Source: an uncultured bacterium
Lineage (GTDB): Bacteria > CAYUVA01
NCBI GenBank assembly: GCA_964448115.1
Contig: CAYUVA010000008.1
Span: 1 to 64,000, forward strand
Length of the DNA: 64,000 bases
Direction of reading: 5' to 3'
Each line of letters begins with the position of its first letter. Positions within the stretch are counted from its first letter, which is position 1. The position numbers were made by a program, and so were the translations under genes. Under the pieces are notes generated by a model. It ran no database searches. It was not told where the DNA came from and worked only from the letters and a program-made list of their open reading frames with translations. Shown here one piece after another: positions 47,408-56,302 of this stretch.

Positions 47408-48538
47408 ATGATGAAAGAAGACCTGTTAGGACAACTCGAAAGTATTGCTGAAAAGCCCTCCCTCTACCTGCGAGAACTTAAGGAAAAGTATTCCCAGAAG
47501 ATCGCGCTGAACTTTTGTTCCTATACACCAGTGGAGATCTTCCATTCCTTCGGTATCCATACAGCGCGATTCATCAGCACCCCCAAGGAGATCCATAAAG
47601 CAGACATCCACCTGCAAAGCTATAGCTGTAACTATGCCCGAAATGCATTAGAAGCCTTTCTGTCGGATGAATATGATTTCGTTGATGCAGTCATCTTTCC
47701 GCAATGTTGCGATACCCTGCAATCCCTGTCCGATATCTTCGAGGTAAATGAACTAGGCAATAAGGTGTACCACATCCCTCTGCCACTCACCTTTGACAGC
47801 GAGGCAGCAAGAAAATACACGCAAGCCGTGCTCAGCGAGCTTTTCCAAAACCTGGAGCACCAACAAGGGATAGATTATGCTCCAAAGAACCTGCTCAATT
47901 CCATATCACTGTATGCGAGGTTAAATGCTTCCGTATCCGCACTTTACGATCTACAAGGACAAAAGCCAGGTATATTGAGCAGCCGACAACTGCATCAGGT
48001 GGCAAGGGCAGCAATGACCATGCCAGTTGAGAAGGCTATTAAGCTTCTCGAACAGCTTGCCCAAGAGCTTGAGGAAGCGCCATTTGAGGGCAGCGACAGC
48101 CGCAGCAGGCTATTTATCAGCGGAAGCAACCTCGACTCAGCCAAGATAATGGGGCTTATCGATCAGCTAGGTGGCGTGGTAGTCGATGATGACCTTTGCT
48201 TTGGAAGGCGCACCTTTGAGCCTAAATCGAACGCTGGCGGTGAACCACTACAAGTACTCATCGAAAACTATGCAAGCAGGATCAACTGCCCCTGCCGACA
48301 CACCGAGCAGGATCGCCGAATCAACGCGGTCATCAAGCGAGGTAGGCGATGTAATGTCAATGGATTCATCTTTTTGCTCCAGAAGTTCTGCGAGCCGCAC
48401 TACTTCGACTATCCGCGATTTAAGAATAAGCTCAAGGAGGCTGGGATACCGACAACCCTGATCGAGCTGGAAAGCTCGGCAAGAGGACTGGAACAAATAA
48501 GAACCAGGCTGCAAGCCTTCATGGAGATGATAAGATGA
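47408..48538 (+). CDS. 2-hydroxyacyl-CoA dehydratase family subunit (HgdB/FldC/BcrC-like)
   Basis: FCSYTPVEI, AD.HLQ..SC, CCD, DDDLC.G.R, KFCEPH.FDYP, QIRTRLQAF.E. Confidence 0.88.
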   Translation: MMKEDLLGQLESIAEKPSLYLRELKEKYSQKIALNFCSYTPVEIFHSFGIHTARFISTPKEIHKADIHLQSYSCNYARNALEAFLSDEYDFVDAVIFPQCCDTLQSLSDIFEVNELGNKVYHIPLPLTFDSEAARKYTQAVLSELFQNLEHQQGIDYAPKNLLNSISLYARLNASVSALYDLQGQKPGILSSRQLHQVARAAMTMPVEKAIKLLEQLAQELEEAPFEGSDSRSRLFISGSNLDSAKIMGLIDQLGGVVVDDDLCFGRRTFEPKSNAGGEPLQVLIENYASRINCPCRHTEQDRRINAVIKRGRRCNVNGFIFLLQKFCEPHYFDYPRFKNKLKEAGIPTTLIELESSARGLEQIRTRLQAFMEMIR

Positions 48539-48562
48539 GTACGAGGTGCAAGGAAGGAAATC

Positions 48563-48701
48563 TCACGCAAAGACGCAAAGGACGCCCTCTCTCGAAGGCG
48601 GGGGATGCAAAGAATGAAGAGGATCGTCTGTCATTGTATCACGGTATCACTTCTTCTTTGTGTCCTTGTGCCTTTGTGGTTCAAGAACCCTCAAGCCTCA
48701 A
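48563..48701. repeat. Composite intergenic repeat (MITE/REP-like)
   Basis: TCACGCAAAGACGCAAAG (48563-48580) is imperfectly inverted to CTTTGTGTCCTTGTGCCTTTGTGGTT (48656-48681), then CCTCAAGCCTCAA. Confidence 0.6.
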
Positions 48702-48744
48702 TATTATTCCACAGTATTAAGGTAGCACATTAACAAGCTAAACT

Positions 48745-49950
48745 ATGAGTGAAGTAAAGATAAACAAGCTGGAAACGAGAAGGAAGCTCAATGAGCTGAT
48801 GACGCGATACTACGGCGCTGCCAAGATGTCCGAGGGGAGCAACCAGAAGATCGCCTGGATAACCAGCGGCGGACCAGTGGAATTCCTCTATGCGATGGAT
48901 ATCATCCCCATCTACCCGGAGAACCACGGCGCCATGTGCGGCATCACCAGGAAGACACCAGGACTCAAGGATACGGCAGAGGAACTAGGCTACAGCAGGG
49001 ACCTTTGCTCTTATGCGACCGGCGACATCGGAGATGCGGTCAGCAAGAAAGGTCCCATAATGGGATTGCCCAAGCCTGACCTCTTGGTATGCAGCAACAA
49101 TATCTGCGGCACGGTAACCAAGTGGTACGAAGTGCTGGCTGACATGTTCGATGTGCCTTTGGTCTTCCTCGATACACCCTTCATCCACGGTCATACCCCA
49201 CCATACCTGAAGGATTACCTGAGAAAGCAGTTCGACTACTATATCGCGGCTATCGAGCAGGTTACAGGGAAGCGCTTTGCTCATGACCGCTTCATTGAGG
49301 TCTCCCGGCTCTCAGCCGAGGCGGTGATCCTGTGGGGCGAGGTGCTCAAGAAAAGTGCCCACAAGCCAGCGCCGCTCAACTGCTTCGATGCCTTCATCCA
49401 CATGGCTCCGATAGTTACCCTTAGGGGGACTGATATGTGTGTCGAGTACTACAAGACCTTGCTGGCTGAACTCGATGACCGCATTGCAAAAGGTATCGGC
49501 AGCATCGATAATGAGAAATACAGGCTGCTTTGGGACAACATCCCTATCTGGTACGAGATGAAGAGCCTCTTTACTGCTTTTGCCAGCTATGGCGCTTGCC
49601 TGGTGGCAGATACATACACAAACGCATGGACATTCGAGGACATGAACCCGGATGATCCGCTGGAGAGCTTCTCCAGGGCATACTCGGAGGTCTATCTGAA
49701 TCTGGATCTGAAGCGCAAGCTCAAGCGGATAAAGGAGCTGGCTGAGATTTACCAGGTGCAGGGACTTGTCTTGCACAGCAATCGAAGCTGCAAGCCTTAC
49801 TCCTTCGGGCAGCTCGATATCCAGCATCGAATAAGGAAAGAGCTTGGCATCTCCACCCTGTTCATCGAGGCAGACATGGCAGACAGCCGCTGCTATTCAA
49901 GGGCACAAACCGAGACGCGCATACAGGCATTCATAGAATCGCTCGGTTAA
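48745..49950 (+). CDS. 2-hydroxyacyl-CoA dehydratase family subunit (HgdA/FldB/BcrB-like)
   Basis: P.YPENHGA, GYSRDLCSY, LPKPDLL...NNIC...KWY, H.NRSCK..S.G, TRIQAF.E. Confidence 0.9.
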   Translation: MSEVKINKLETRRKLNELMTRYYGAAKMSEGSNQKIAWITSGGPVEFLYAMDIIPIYPENHGAMCGITRKTPGLKDTAEELGYSRDLCSYATGDIGDAVSKKGPIMGLPKPDLLVCSNNICGTVTKWYEVLADMFDVPLVFLDTPFIHGHTPPYLKDYLRKQFDYYIAAIEQVTGKRFAHDRFIEVSRLSAEAVILWGEVLKKSAHKPAPLNCFDAFIHMAPIVTLRGTDMCVEYYKTLLAELDDRIAKGIGSIDNEKYRLLWDNIPIWYEMKSLFTAFASYGACLVADTYTNAWTFEDMNPDDPLESFSRAYSEVYLNLDLKRKLKRIKELAEIYQVQGLVLHSNRSCKPYSFGQLDIQHRIRKELGISTLFIEADMADSRCYSRAQTETRIQAFIESLG

Positions 49951-49976
49951 CAAACAACATCACCTGCAATAAGGTC

Positions 49977-50774
49977 ATGAAAAGGGATGATCCAGAATAC
50001 TATCTCGGTATCGACATAGGCTCGGTTACATCAAAGGCTGTGCTTTTGGACCAGCGAGCCAACATGGTAACATCCATGGTAATGTTTTCCGGAACCGACT
50101 TGGGTCGAACCTCGGAGTCCTTGCTCGATACGGTTCTACGAAGTAGCCGCATCAATGAAAAAAAGATTAGATCAGCCATCTCTACTGGCTATGGCAGAAG
50201 ATCGGTTGCTTATGCCACTAGAGATGTCAGCGAGATAAGCTGCCATGCAGTCGGGGTCAAACATCTTTTTCCCTCAGCACGAAGCATCATCGACATAGGT
50301 GGGCAGGACTCCAAGGCGATCCTTATGAACCAACAGGGCAAGGTGATCGACTTTATAATGAATGATAAATGCGCTGCCGGGACCGGTAGGTTCCTGGAGG
50401 TGATGGCAAGGGTGCTCGAAGTAGGGATCACCGAGCTTGCTGACCTGAGCGCCACCGCCGACCAGGATGTGCAGATAAGCAATACCTGCACGGTCTTTGC
50501 AGAGTCGGAGGTGATCTCGCTTCTGTCCCAAGGTGTGGCAAAGGAGAACCTGGCAAAGGCAGTACACAATGCTATTGCCCGGCGCGCCTTGGGAATGGCG
50601 CGAAGAATAGGGATCCTGGAGCCGTTGGTTCTAACCGGCGGAGTTGCGAGAAATAAGGCTATCATCGCTGCAATCCGCCAGGCTTCAAGGATGAGCGAGA
50701 TCCTAGTCCCGCGTAACCCGCAGGTTACCGGTGCGCTTGGGGCTGCTCTACTTGCGCTTAGGGCTCAACAGTGA
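49977..50774 (+). CDS. Acyl-CoA dehydratase activator (HgdC/BadF ASKHA ATPase)
   Basis: GIDIGS..SKA, TGYGR, IIDIGGQDSK, MNDKCAAGTGRFLE, TCTVFAESE, GGVA.N. Confidence 0.93.
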   Translation: MKRDDPEYYLGIDIGSVTSKAVLLDQRANMVTSMVMFSGTDLGRTSESLLDTVLRSSRINEKKIRSAISTGYGRRSVAYATRDVSEISCHAVGVKHLFPSARSIIDIGGQDSKAILMNQQGKVIDFIMNDKCAAGTGRFLEVMARVLEVGITELADLSATADQDVQISNTCTVFAESEVISLLSQGVAKENLAKAVHNAIARRALGMARRIGILEPLVLTGGVARNKAIIAAIRQASRMSEILVPRNPQVTGALGAALLALRAQQ

Positions 50775-50812
50775 TAAAGATACTGCGACTTGATAAAAAG
50801 GAGTGATCTGAA

Positions 50813-51688
50813 ATGACAACAGGAAAAGACTGCAACACCTGCTCTGAGACAGGATGCTCAGCCAAGAACCGCAAAAGTGATGAGACCGATCAGCAGTTTG
50901 CTGAAAGACAAGCTATTCAATCCAGACTTTGCCAGGTTAAACATATAGTGATGGTGCTATCCGGCAAGGGCGGGGTAGGAAAGAGCACCATCGCTGCTAA
51001 TGTGGCAATGGCATTAGCGATGAAGGATAAGGCGGTGGGATTGCTTGATATAGATATCCACGGACCGAGCATTCCCAAGCTGTTCAACCTGGTCGGCGAG
51101 AAGGTAAAAGCGACCAAGGATTATGTTTATCCAGTCGGATACAGCGAGTATAACCTGAAGATCATGTCGATAGATTTCATGCTCCCGGATAAGGATACCG
51201 CCATTATCTGGCGAGGACCTCTTAAATACCAGGCGATCAAGCAACTGCTGCGCGACACCGAGTGGGGCAAACTGGACTTTTTGATAGTCGATTCACCGCC
51301 TGGAACCGGCGATGAGCCTTTAACTATAGCGCAGTTACTCCCCCAGGCAGATGGAGCTTTAATCGTAACCACCCCGCAGGATCTCTCGATCATCGATGTG
51401 AGGAAATCGATTAACTTTGCACGCAAGGTGGGACTTAAAGTTATCGGCGTCATAGAGAACATGAGCGGTTTCATCTGCCCGCACTGCAACAAGGAGGTCG
51501 ATATCTTCAAAAGCGGCGGGGGTAAGAAGATGGCGCTGGATATGAATGTTCCATACCTGGGGCGAATCCCTATTGACCCGGAGCTTACAAATGCCAGCGA
51601 CTCAGGGAAACCCTATACCCGTTTCTTCGAGGATAGTCATACAAGGCGATCCTTCGATAAGATAGTCCAGACATTGATTGAACTTTAA
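50813..51688 (+). CDS. Mrp/ApbC/NBP35 Fe-S cluster carrier ATPase
   Basis: SGKGGVGKST, DIDIHGPSIP, WRGP, DSPPGTGDE, TTPQ, ENMS.F.CPHC; N-terminal Cys motif as in Nbp35. Confidence 0.95.
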   Translation: MTTGKDCNTCSETGCSAKNRKSDETDQQFAERQAIQSRLCQVKHIVMVLSGKGGVGKSTIAANVAMALAMKDKAVGLLDIDIHGPSIPKLFNLVGEKVKATKDYVYPVGYSEYNLKIMSIDFMLPDKDTAIIWRGPLKYQAIKQLLRDTEWGKLDFLIVDSPPGTGDEPLTIAQLLPQADGALIVTTPQDLSIIDVRKSINFARKVGLKVIGVIENMSGFICPHCNKEVDIFKSGGGKKMALDMNVPYLGRIPIDPELTNASDSGKPYTRFFEDSHTRRSFDKIVQTLIEL

Positions 51689-51751
51689 TTGCAACAGAAT
51701 TCGCCTGAGCAATCCGCTTGCATCTGCAAGCTCCAATCAAGAATATGAAGG

Positions 51752-51785
51752 AATTTAACTGTTTCAGCGCTGAAACAGTTAAATT
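51752..51785. repeat. Perfect 34-bp palindrome
   Basis: AATTTAACTGTTTCAGC|GCTGAAACAGTTAAATT with no spacer. Confidence 0.9.
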
Positions 51786-51874
51786 GGCTCTGTTAGATTG
51801 AATACGAGTCCTGTTTGATTATGCCATTCAACTTAATCTATAATTGGTTGTGGTAAAGATCATCTTATGAGAAA

Positions 51875-52927
51875 TTGGTATCAAGTTTGATGAAAAAGTT
51901 GACCAAGTATGCCGAGATTCTAGTTTTGTGGAGCATATCATGTTGCCTGATGGTCGCCTGTGGCAAGCAGGAGTCAGAGCCTAGTTTAATAACTCTACAA
52001 ACAAAGATAGCCGAAGCGCCCCTGGTATCATCGTTACGCCAGCAGGGCATAGCTGCCAAGGTTAACGGTGATCTTATTTACGAGAGCGAGGTTCGACAGG
52101 TAATGCTGCCGGTGATCATGAACTACAATAAGAGGTACGGCGAATACAAGATGCCCAGACCTCAGTACGAGAAGTACCGAATCGATGCCATCCAGAAGCT
52201 CATCTATCAGCAGTTATGGATCCAGCGAGCAAAGGATATGAATATAAGCATCTCAGATCAACAGGTGGAAAGGGCTTATATGAACCTTAAGAAACAATCC
52301 TCGCTCCAGATGGATTTTGATAAATTTCTTGCTGATAGCAATCTTACAACTCAAGATCTAAAAACCAGGATACGAAAGGAGCTATTGGCAAAGAAAGCCC
52401 AGGCGGCTATCGCAAAAAAGATCCTGCCGCTCGATAGCCCTGTATTGGAGCTTTATTACAAAGATAATATGGATAGGTTCGATTATCCTGTTCGCTACGA
52501 ATTAAGGGAGATTATGATCGAGATCCCATATTACATGTCTCCCGATGAGGTCGAAAATGCCCGAAGCAAGATCTTCGAGGCTTACAATAAGCTAAAAGAA
52601 CAAGGCGGAAGTAATTTCATCGAAATGGTCGAGGAATACTCTACGGCTCCGAGCAAAGCAAAGGATGGTTATCTGGGATATGTGCTTCTCGGTGAGGATG
52701 ATGAAAAGTTCAAGGCTGCTCTTGCGGATATGCATATTGGCGACTTCAGTCCACCATTCCAAACGCCTGCTGGATACCATATAATTAAGCTCGAGGGCAT
52801 CCGAGAGGCAGGCATCGCTCCATTCGAGGAGGTGAAGGAAAAGATCTGGGGGCAGCTTCTGCCAGAGTTCCTCGAGAGGGAGATAAAAAGATATTACCTT
52901 AACTCTGAAATTCAGATCCATGAATGA
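51875..52927 (+). CDS. SurA/PrsA-like parvulin peptidyl-prolyl isomerase, lipoprotein
   Basis: VAC lipobox, AAKVNG..I, SurA-N helices, YS..PS..KDG.LG, FS.PFQTPAGYHIIK; start uncertain. Confidence 0.85.
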   Translation: MVSSLMKKLTKYAEILVLWSISCCLMVACGKQESEPSLITLQTKIAEAPLVSSLRQQGIAAKVNGDLIYESEVRQVMLPVIMNYNKRYGEYKMPRPQYEKYRIDAIQKLIYQQLWIQRAKDMNISISDQQVERAYMNLKKQSSLQMDFDKFLADSNLTTQDLKTRIRKELLAKKAQAAIAKKILPLDSPVLELYYKDNMDRFDYPVRYELREIMIEIPYYMSPDEVENARSKIFEAYNKLKEQGGSNFIEMVEEYSTAPSKAKDGYLGYVLLGEDDEKFKAALADMHIGDFSPPFQTPAGYHIIKLEGIREAGIAPFEEVKEKIWGQLLPEFLEREIKRYYLNSEIQIHE

Positions 52928-53008
52928 TCCTTTTATGGTATTATCACTATTGCAATGAATGCTTTTATCCATATAATAAAGATGATGCAAAAAAAAGGAG
53001 CTAGGGCT

Positions 53009-53662
53009 ATGAACATAAAAAAGACACTATTGCTTACTGTCATGGCAGGGGTATTCCTCGTGGTTAACGCCTTTGCTACGGTTACAATATATAGAAATGA
53101 CAATACTTGGGTGGAGGGGGACGAGGTAAAGATTGAGACCGTTTTTGGGAGAAAATTTTACCTCCTTCGTAAAGGGACGGAGGTAATACGCATAGCTGTA
53201 AGCGATGTGTTCAAGGTCTATGAGAGTGATAAAGAGGAAACGGAGATAAGAGCCAAGTTCCATTTCGAAAGAGGGATCAAGGCAGAGAACAACGGATACC
53301 TCGATGTTGCCATGAAGGAATATAAGAAAGCGCTTGCCCTGAAAGATGATTTTGTCAAGGCGAGGAATAGACTGGTTAATATCAAGGTGAAGATCGGCAG
53401 CGCACTAAAATCACAGGAAGAGGAGAGAAGAAAGATGCTGCGCAGGAATTTCACTCTCGACGAGGTTCAGGTCATTCTCAACCTGCGCGATGACCAGAAG
53501 GAATTTCTACAGTGGGTATCAGAGGCGCATAAGATCGATTATCGAAAGCTCATCTCCCTTGCATTGGACAACTGGATCAAGGACTATAAGGACTATAAGC
53601 TCGCCAGCGAGGAGGAGATGGCGAACCTACCTGAACTCAGACACCCACTGCTCCCTGAATAG
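53009..53662 (+). CDS. Secreted TPR-containing hypothetical protein
   Basis: ATG 53009 after AAGGAG; signal peptide; TPR HFERG...A..EYKKALAL...A..RL. Confidence 0.65.
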   Translation: MNIKKTLLLTVMAGVFLVVNAFATVTIYRNDNTWVEGDEVKIETVFGRKFYLLRKGTEVIRIAVSDVFKVYESDKEETEIRAKFHFERGIKAENNGYLDVAMKEYKKALALKDDFVKARNRLVNIKVKIGSALKSQEEERRKMLRRNFTLDEVQVILNLRDDQKEFLQWVSEAHKIDYRKLISLALDNWIKDYKDYKLASEEEMANLPELRHPLLPE

Positions 53663-53669
53663 AAAAAAA

Positions 53670-53733
53670 TTGCGTCTTTGCGTGATAAATTCTTTCTTAT
53701 CTGCGTTCTTTGCGTCTTTGCGTCCTTGCGTGA
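53670..53733. repeat. Two clusters of CTTTGCGT octamer repeats
   Basis: TTGCGTCTTTGCGTGA (53670-53685) and CTTTGCGTCTTTGCGTCCTTGCGTGA (53708-53733). Confidence 0.8.
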
Positions 53734-53773
53734 AGAATCCTTTCCTTAAACCCTCAACCGATTTAATGATCGC

Positions 53774-54532
53774 ATGGTAATGGATGATAGCCCTCAAAGT
53801 TTGATCGTCCAGATCGGCAAAAGAGTCTATGATAAGGGCTTTGTCGCTGCCAATGACGGGAATATTTCACTGCGAGTTAATGATATCATCTATGCAACGC
53901 CGACCGGCGTCTCCAAGGGATTCATGCGCGTTGAGGAGATGGTAGCATTGGATATGGAGGGCAATGTTATCGAGGGATCCACCAAGCCATCATCGGAGAT
54001 CCTTATGCACCTGGCGATCTATGGTTGCAGGGACGATGTCAATGCTGTGGTCCATGCCCATCCACCGGCTGCGACTGGCTTTGCAGTAGCTGGCATCCCG
54101 CTCGACAAGACCATACTTGCCGAGGTTGTGCTTCGCTTCGGTGCGGTGCCGATAGCAGAATATTATATGCCATCATCGAGTGAATTAGCCAATGCGGTTG
54201 CCAAGTATATGAAACACTATGATGCGCTTCTGCTTGCCAATCACGGAGCGGTAACTGTCGGCGCTGATATCTTCGATGCATATTACAAGATGGAGACCCT
54301 GGAACACTATGCCAAGATCAGCCTGATCGCACGATTCTTAGGCGGCGAACAGGAGCTTTCCCGCCGAGAGATCGCAAGGCTTAAGGAGTTGAAGGAAGCA
54401 ATCGGTAAGAAAGTAACGGATGTAAATGAACATTATCAAACAAGCTCCCATGATTCTGACTTATTTAGCCTAAGCGAATCCGAGCAAAATGAGATAATAA
54501 AATCTATTTTAGGATCGCTTATAGATGATTGA
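53774..54532 (+). CDS. Class II aldolase/adducin family (FucA-like)
   Basis: DGNIS.R, TPTG.SKG, KPSSE..MH, AVVHAHP, LLANHGA, LEHYA. Confidence 0.92.
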   Translation: MVMDDSPQSLIVQIGKRVYDKGFVAANDGNISLRVNDIIYATPTGVSKGFMRVEEMVALDMEGNVIEGSTKPSSEILMHLAIYGCRDDVNAVVHAHPPAATGFAVAGIPLDKTILAEVVLRFGAVPIAEYYMPSSSELANAVAKYMKHYDALLLANHGAVTVGADIFDAYYKMETLEHYAKISLIARFLGGEQELSRREIARLKELKEAIGKKVTDVNEHYQTSSHDSDLFSLSESEQNEIIKSILGSLIDD

Positions 54533-54738
54533 TTTTCAAAATTTGGTAATTTGGTTAAGGTATGATATATGGCAACCTGGAGAAGTTTTGATTTGACAGG
54601 CTGAAGTTCGGGCATGATATAAAAAGATAGGAGATGAACCTATGAATCTCAAGCAATATTTGGAAATTAAATAATGAACATGATATATACTCAAATAACT
54701 GAAGAGATATCTCGCATTCATAAACTTGTGAGGCAAAG

Positions 54739-56300
54739 ATGAAGATTTTGCTAATCGATCCCCCCTATATTTCATGGAGGTATTTCAAGGGCATCTGCCT
54801 TCCTCCAGTAGGATTGTTAGCTCTTGGTTCCTATATGGTCAATAAGGGGTATGATGTTCGACTTATAGATAGCCATGCAGAAGGGATGAACTGGAACCAC
54901 ATCGAAGCAGCAATTAAAGAGCTCCAACCTGATGTGGTTGGCGTGCCAGCGATCACCAGGGTAATCTACGATGCGATGTACACCGCGCATATAGCCAAGA
55001 AAGTCGCTCCTAAATGCAAAGTCGTACTAGGAGGACATCATCCATCGGTTATACCTGAGGAAACTCTACGACTGTGCCCTGATGTTGATTTTATTGTTCG
55101 TGGTGAGGGCGAATTGACCTTTCACGAGCTGTTGCAGGCTTTGGAAAACGGGGCGACCAAGCAGGAAATGCGCAAGATAAAAGGCTTGGCTTTTTTAGAT
55201 GGCGAAGAATTCGTTCAAACCCCCATTCGTGAATTTATTAAGAACTTGGATGACCTTCCCCCAAACAATTTTGAGCTGCTTAAGATGCGCAACTATACAC
55301 TGCCCTTCATGTCCACTCAAGGGCGTCGTGGCGGTTTCGCAATGACATTCAGTCGTGGATGCACAGGTGGGTGTTCTTACTGTTCTGAAACAGTTTTATG
55401 GAGAAAAACCTGGAGAGGTTACTCGGCAGAACGGATGATCGATGAGGTAGCTTATGTCTATCGAAAATATGACCGAAACGCAATCTGGATGGGGGATCCG
55501 GATTTCTGGTATGATCGGGAAAGGAATATCAAGTTCATTCAGGGTATGAAAGACCATAATATCAAGTCACGCTACTGGATAGAGACCCGGGCTGATACAT
55601 TACTACGAGATAAAGATCTACTTCAGGGATGGGAGGATATCGGTGTTTGCTGGATTATGTTGGGAATGGAATCACCATATCAAGAAGTACTAGATAGCTG
55701 GAATCGTGGGATGCAGATTGATCAGATGCGAGAAGCTTGTCGTCTTGTGAACCAGTATAAGGGATTTATCCTGGAAACCATGTGGTTGCTAGGTGATTAC
55801 CTACACACCCCAGAAACCTTGAAAGATATCAATAAGATGGCAAATGAGGTGGGTTCGATAGTAGGCAATATGTTACTTTTGACTCCTTTTCCTGGCACCC
55901 CCCTATATTCGCAAGCTAAAAAGGAGGGGCTGATTATTTGCTTCGANNNNNNNNNNATCACTATGACTTTGAGTCGGTGAATCTGCTCACCAAGGACTAC
56001 GACCCGCAGCAGCTTTTCAAGGATTTCCGAAGACTTTACTGGAAATACCTCGGCAGCATGAAACGCTTTTTTCGCTTCTTACGATACAAGGATCGTCGCC
56101 TTATATTTGCTGTCTTTTTCCCTATTTTCGCCAGATGGACGATCTTGGACTTCTATTACAGGAGATTTCCCAACAAACCCAAGACTTTAGCTGAGCTTTA
56201 CAAGGAAGAGATAAAAAGGAAACAAATCGAGCTATATAAGAAGGACCCCTCTTGGCAATTGTGCCTAGAGAATGCTAAGCGAGTAGGAGTAAAGATTTAG
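54739..56300 (+). CDS. Cobalamin-binding radical SAM protein (one gene, split only by the N gap)
   Basis: KILLIDPP, PPVGL..L, GGHHP, GEGE, SRGCTGGCSYC, G.ES, TPFPGTPLY; the frame changes exactly across NNNNNNNNNN at 55947-55956. Confidence 0.88.
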
Positions 56301-56302
56301 GT

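Noticed and set aside
48535-48720. 61-aa ORF between the dehydratase subunits
   Set aside because: It is made up of intergenic repeat sequence (LTQRRK / LCPCAFVV are translations of the octamer repeats).
55938-55980. Apparent frameshift or split of the first B12 radical SAM into two ORFs
   Set aside because: The break coincides with a 10-N scaffold gap of arbitrary length, so it is an assembly artefact rather than a pseudogene or programmed frameshift.
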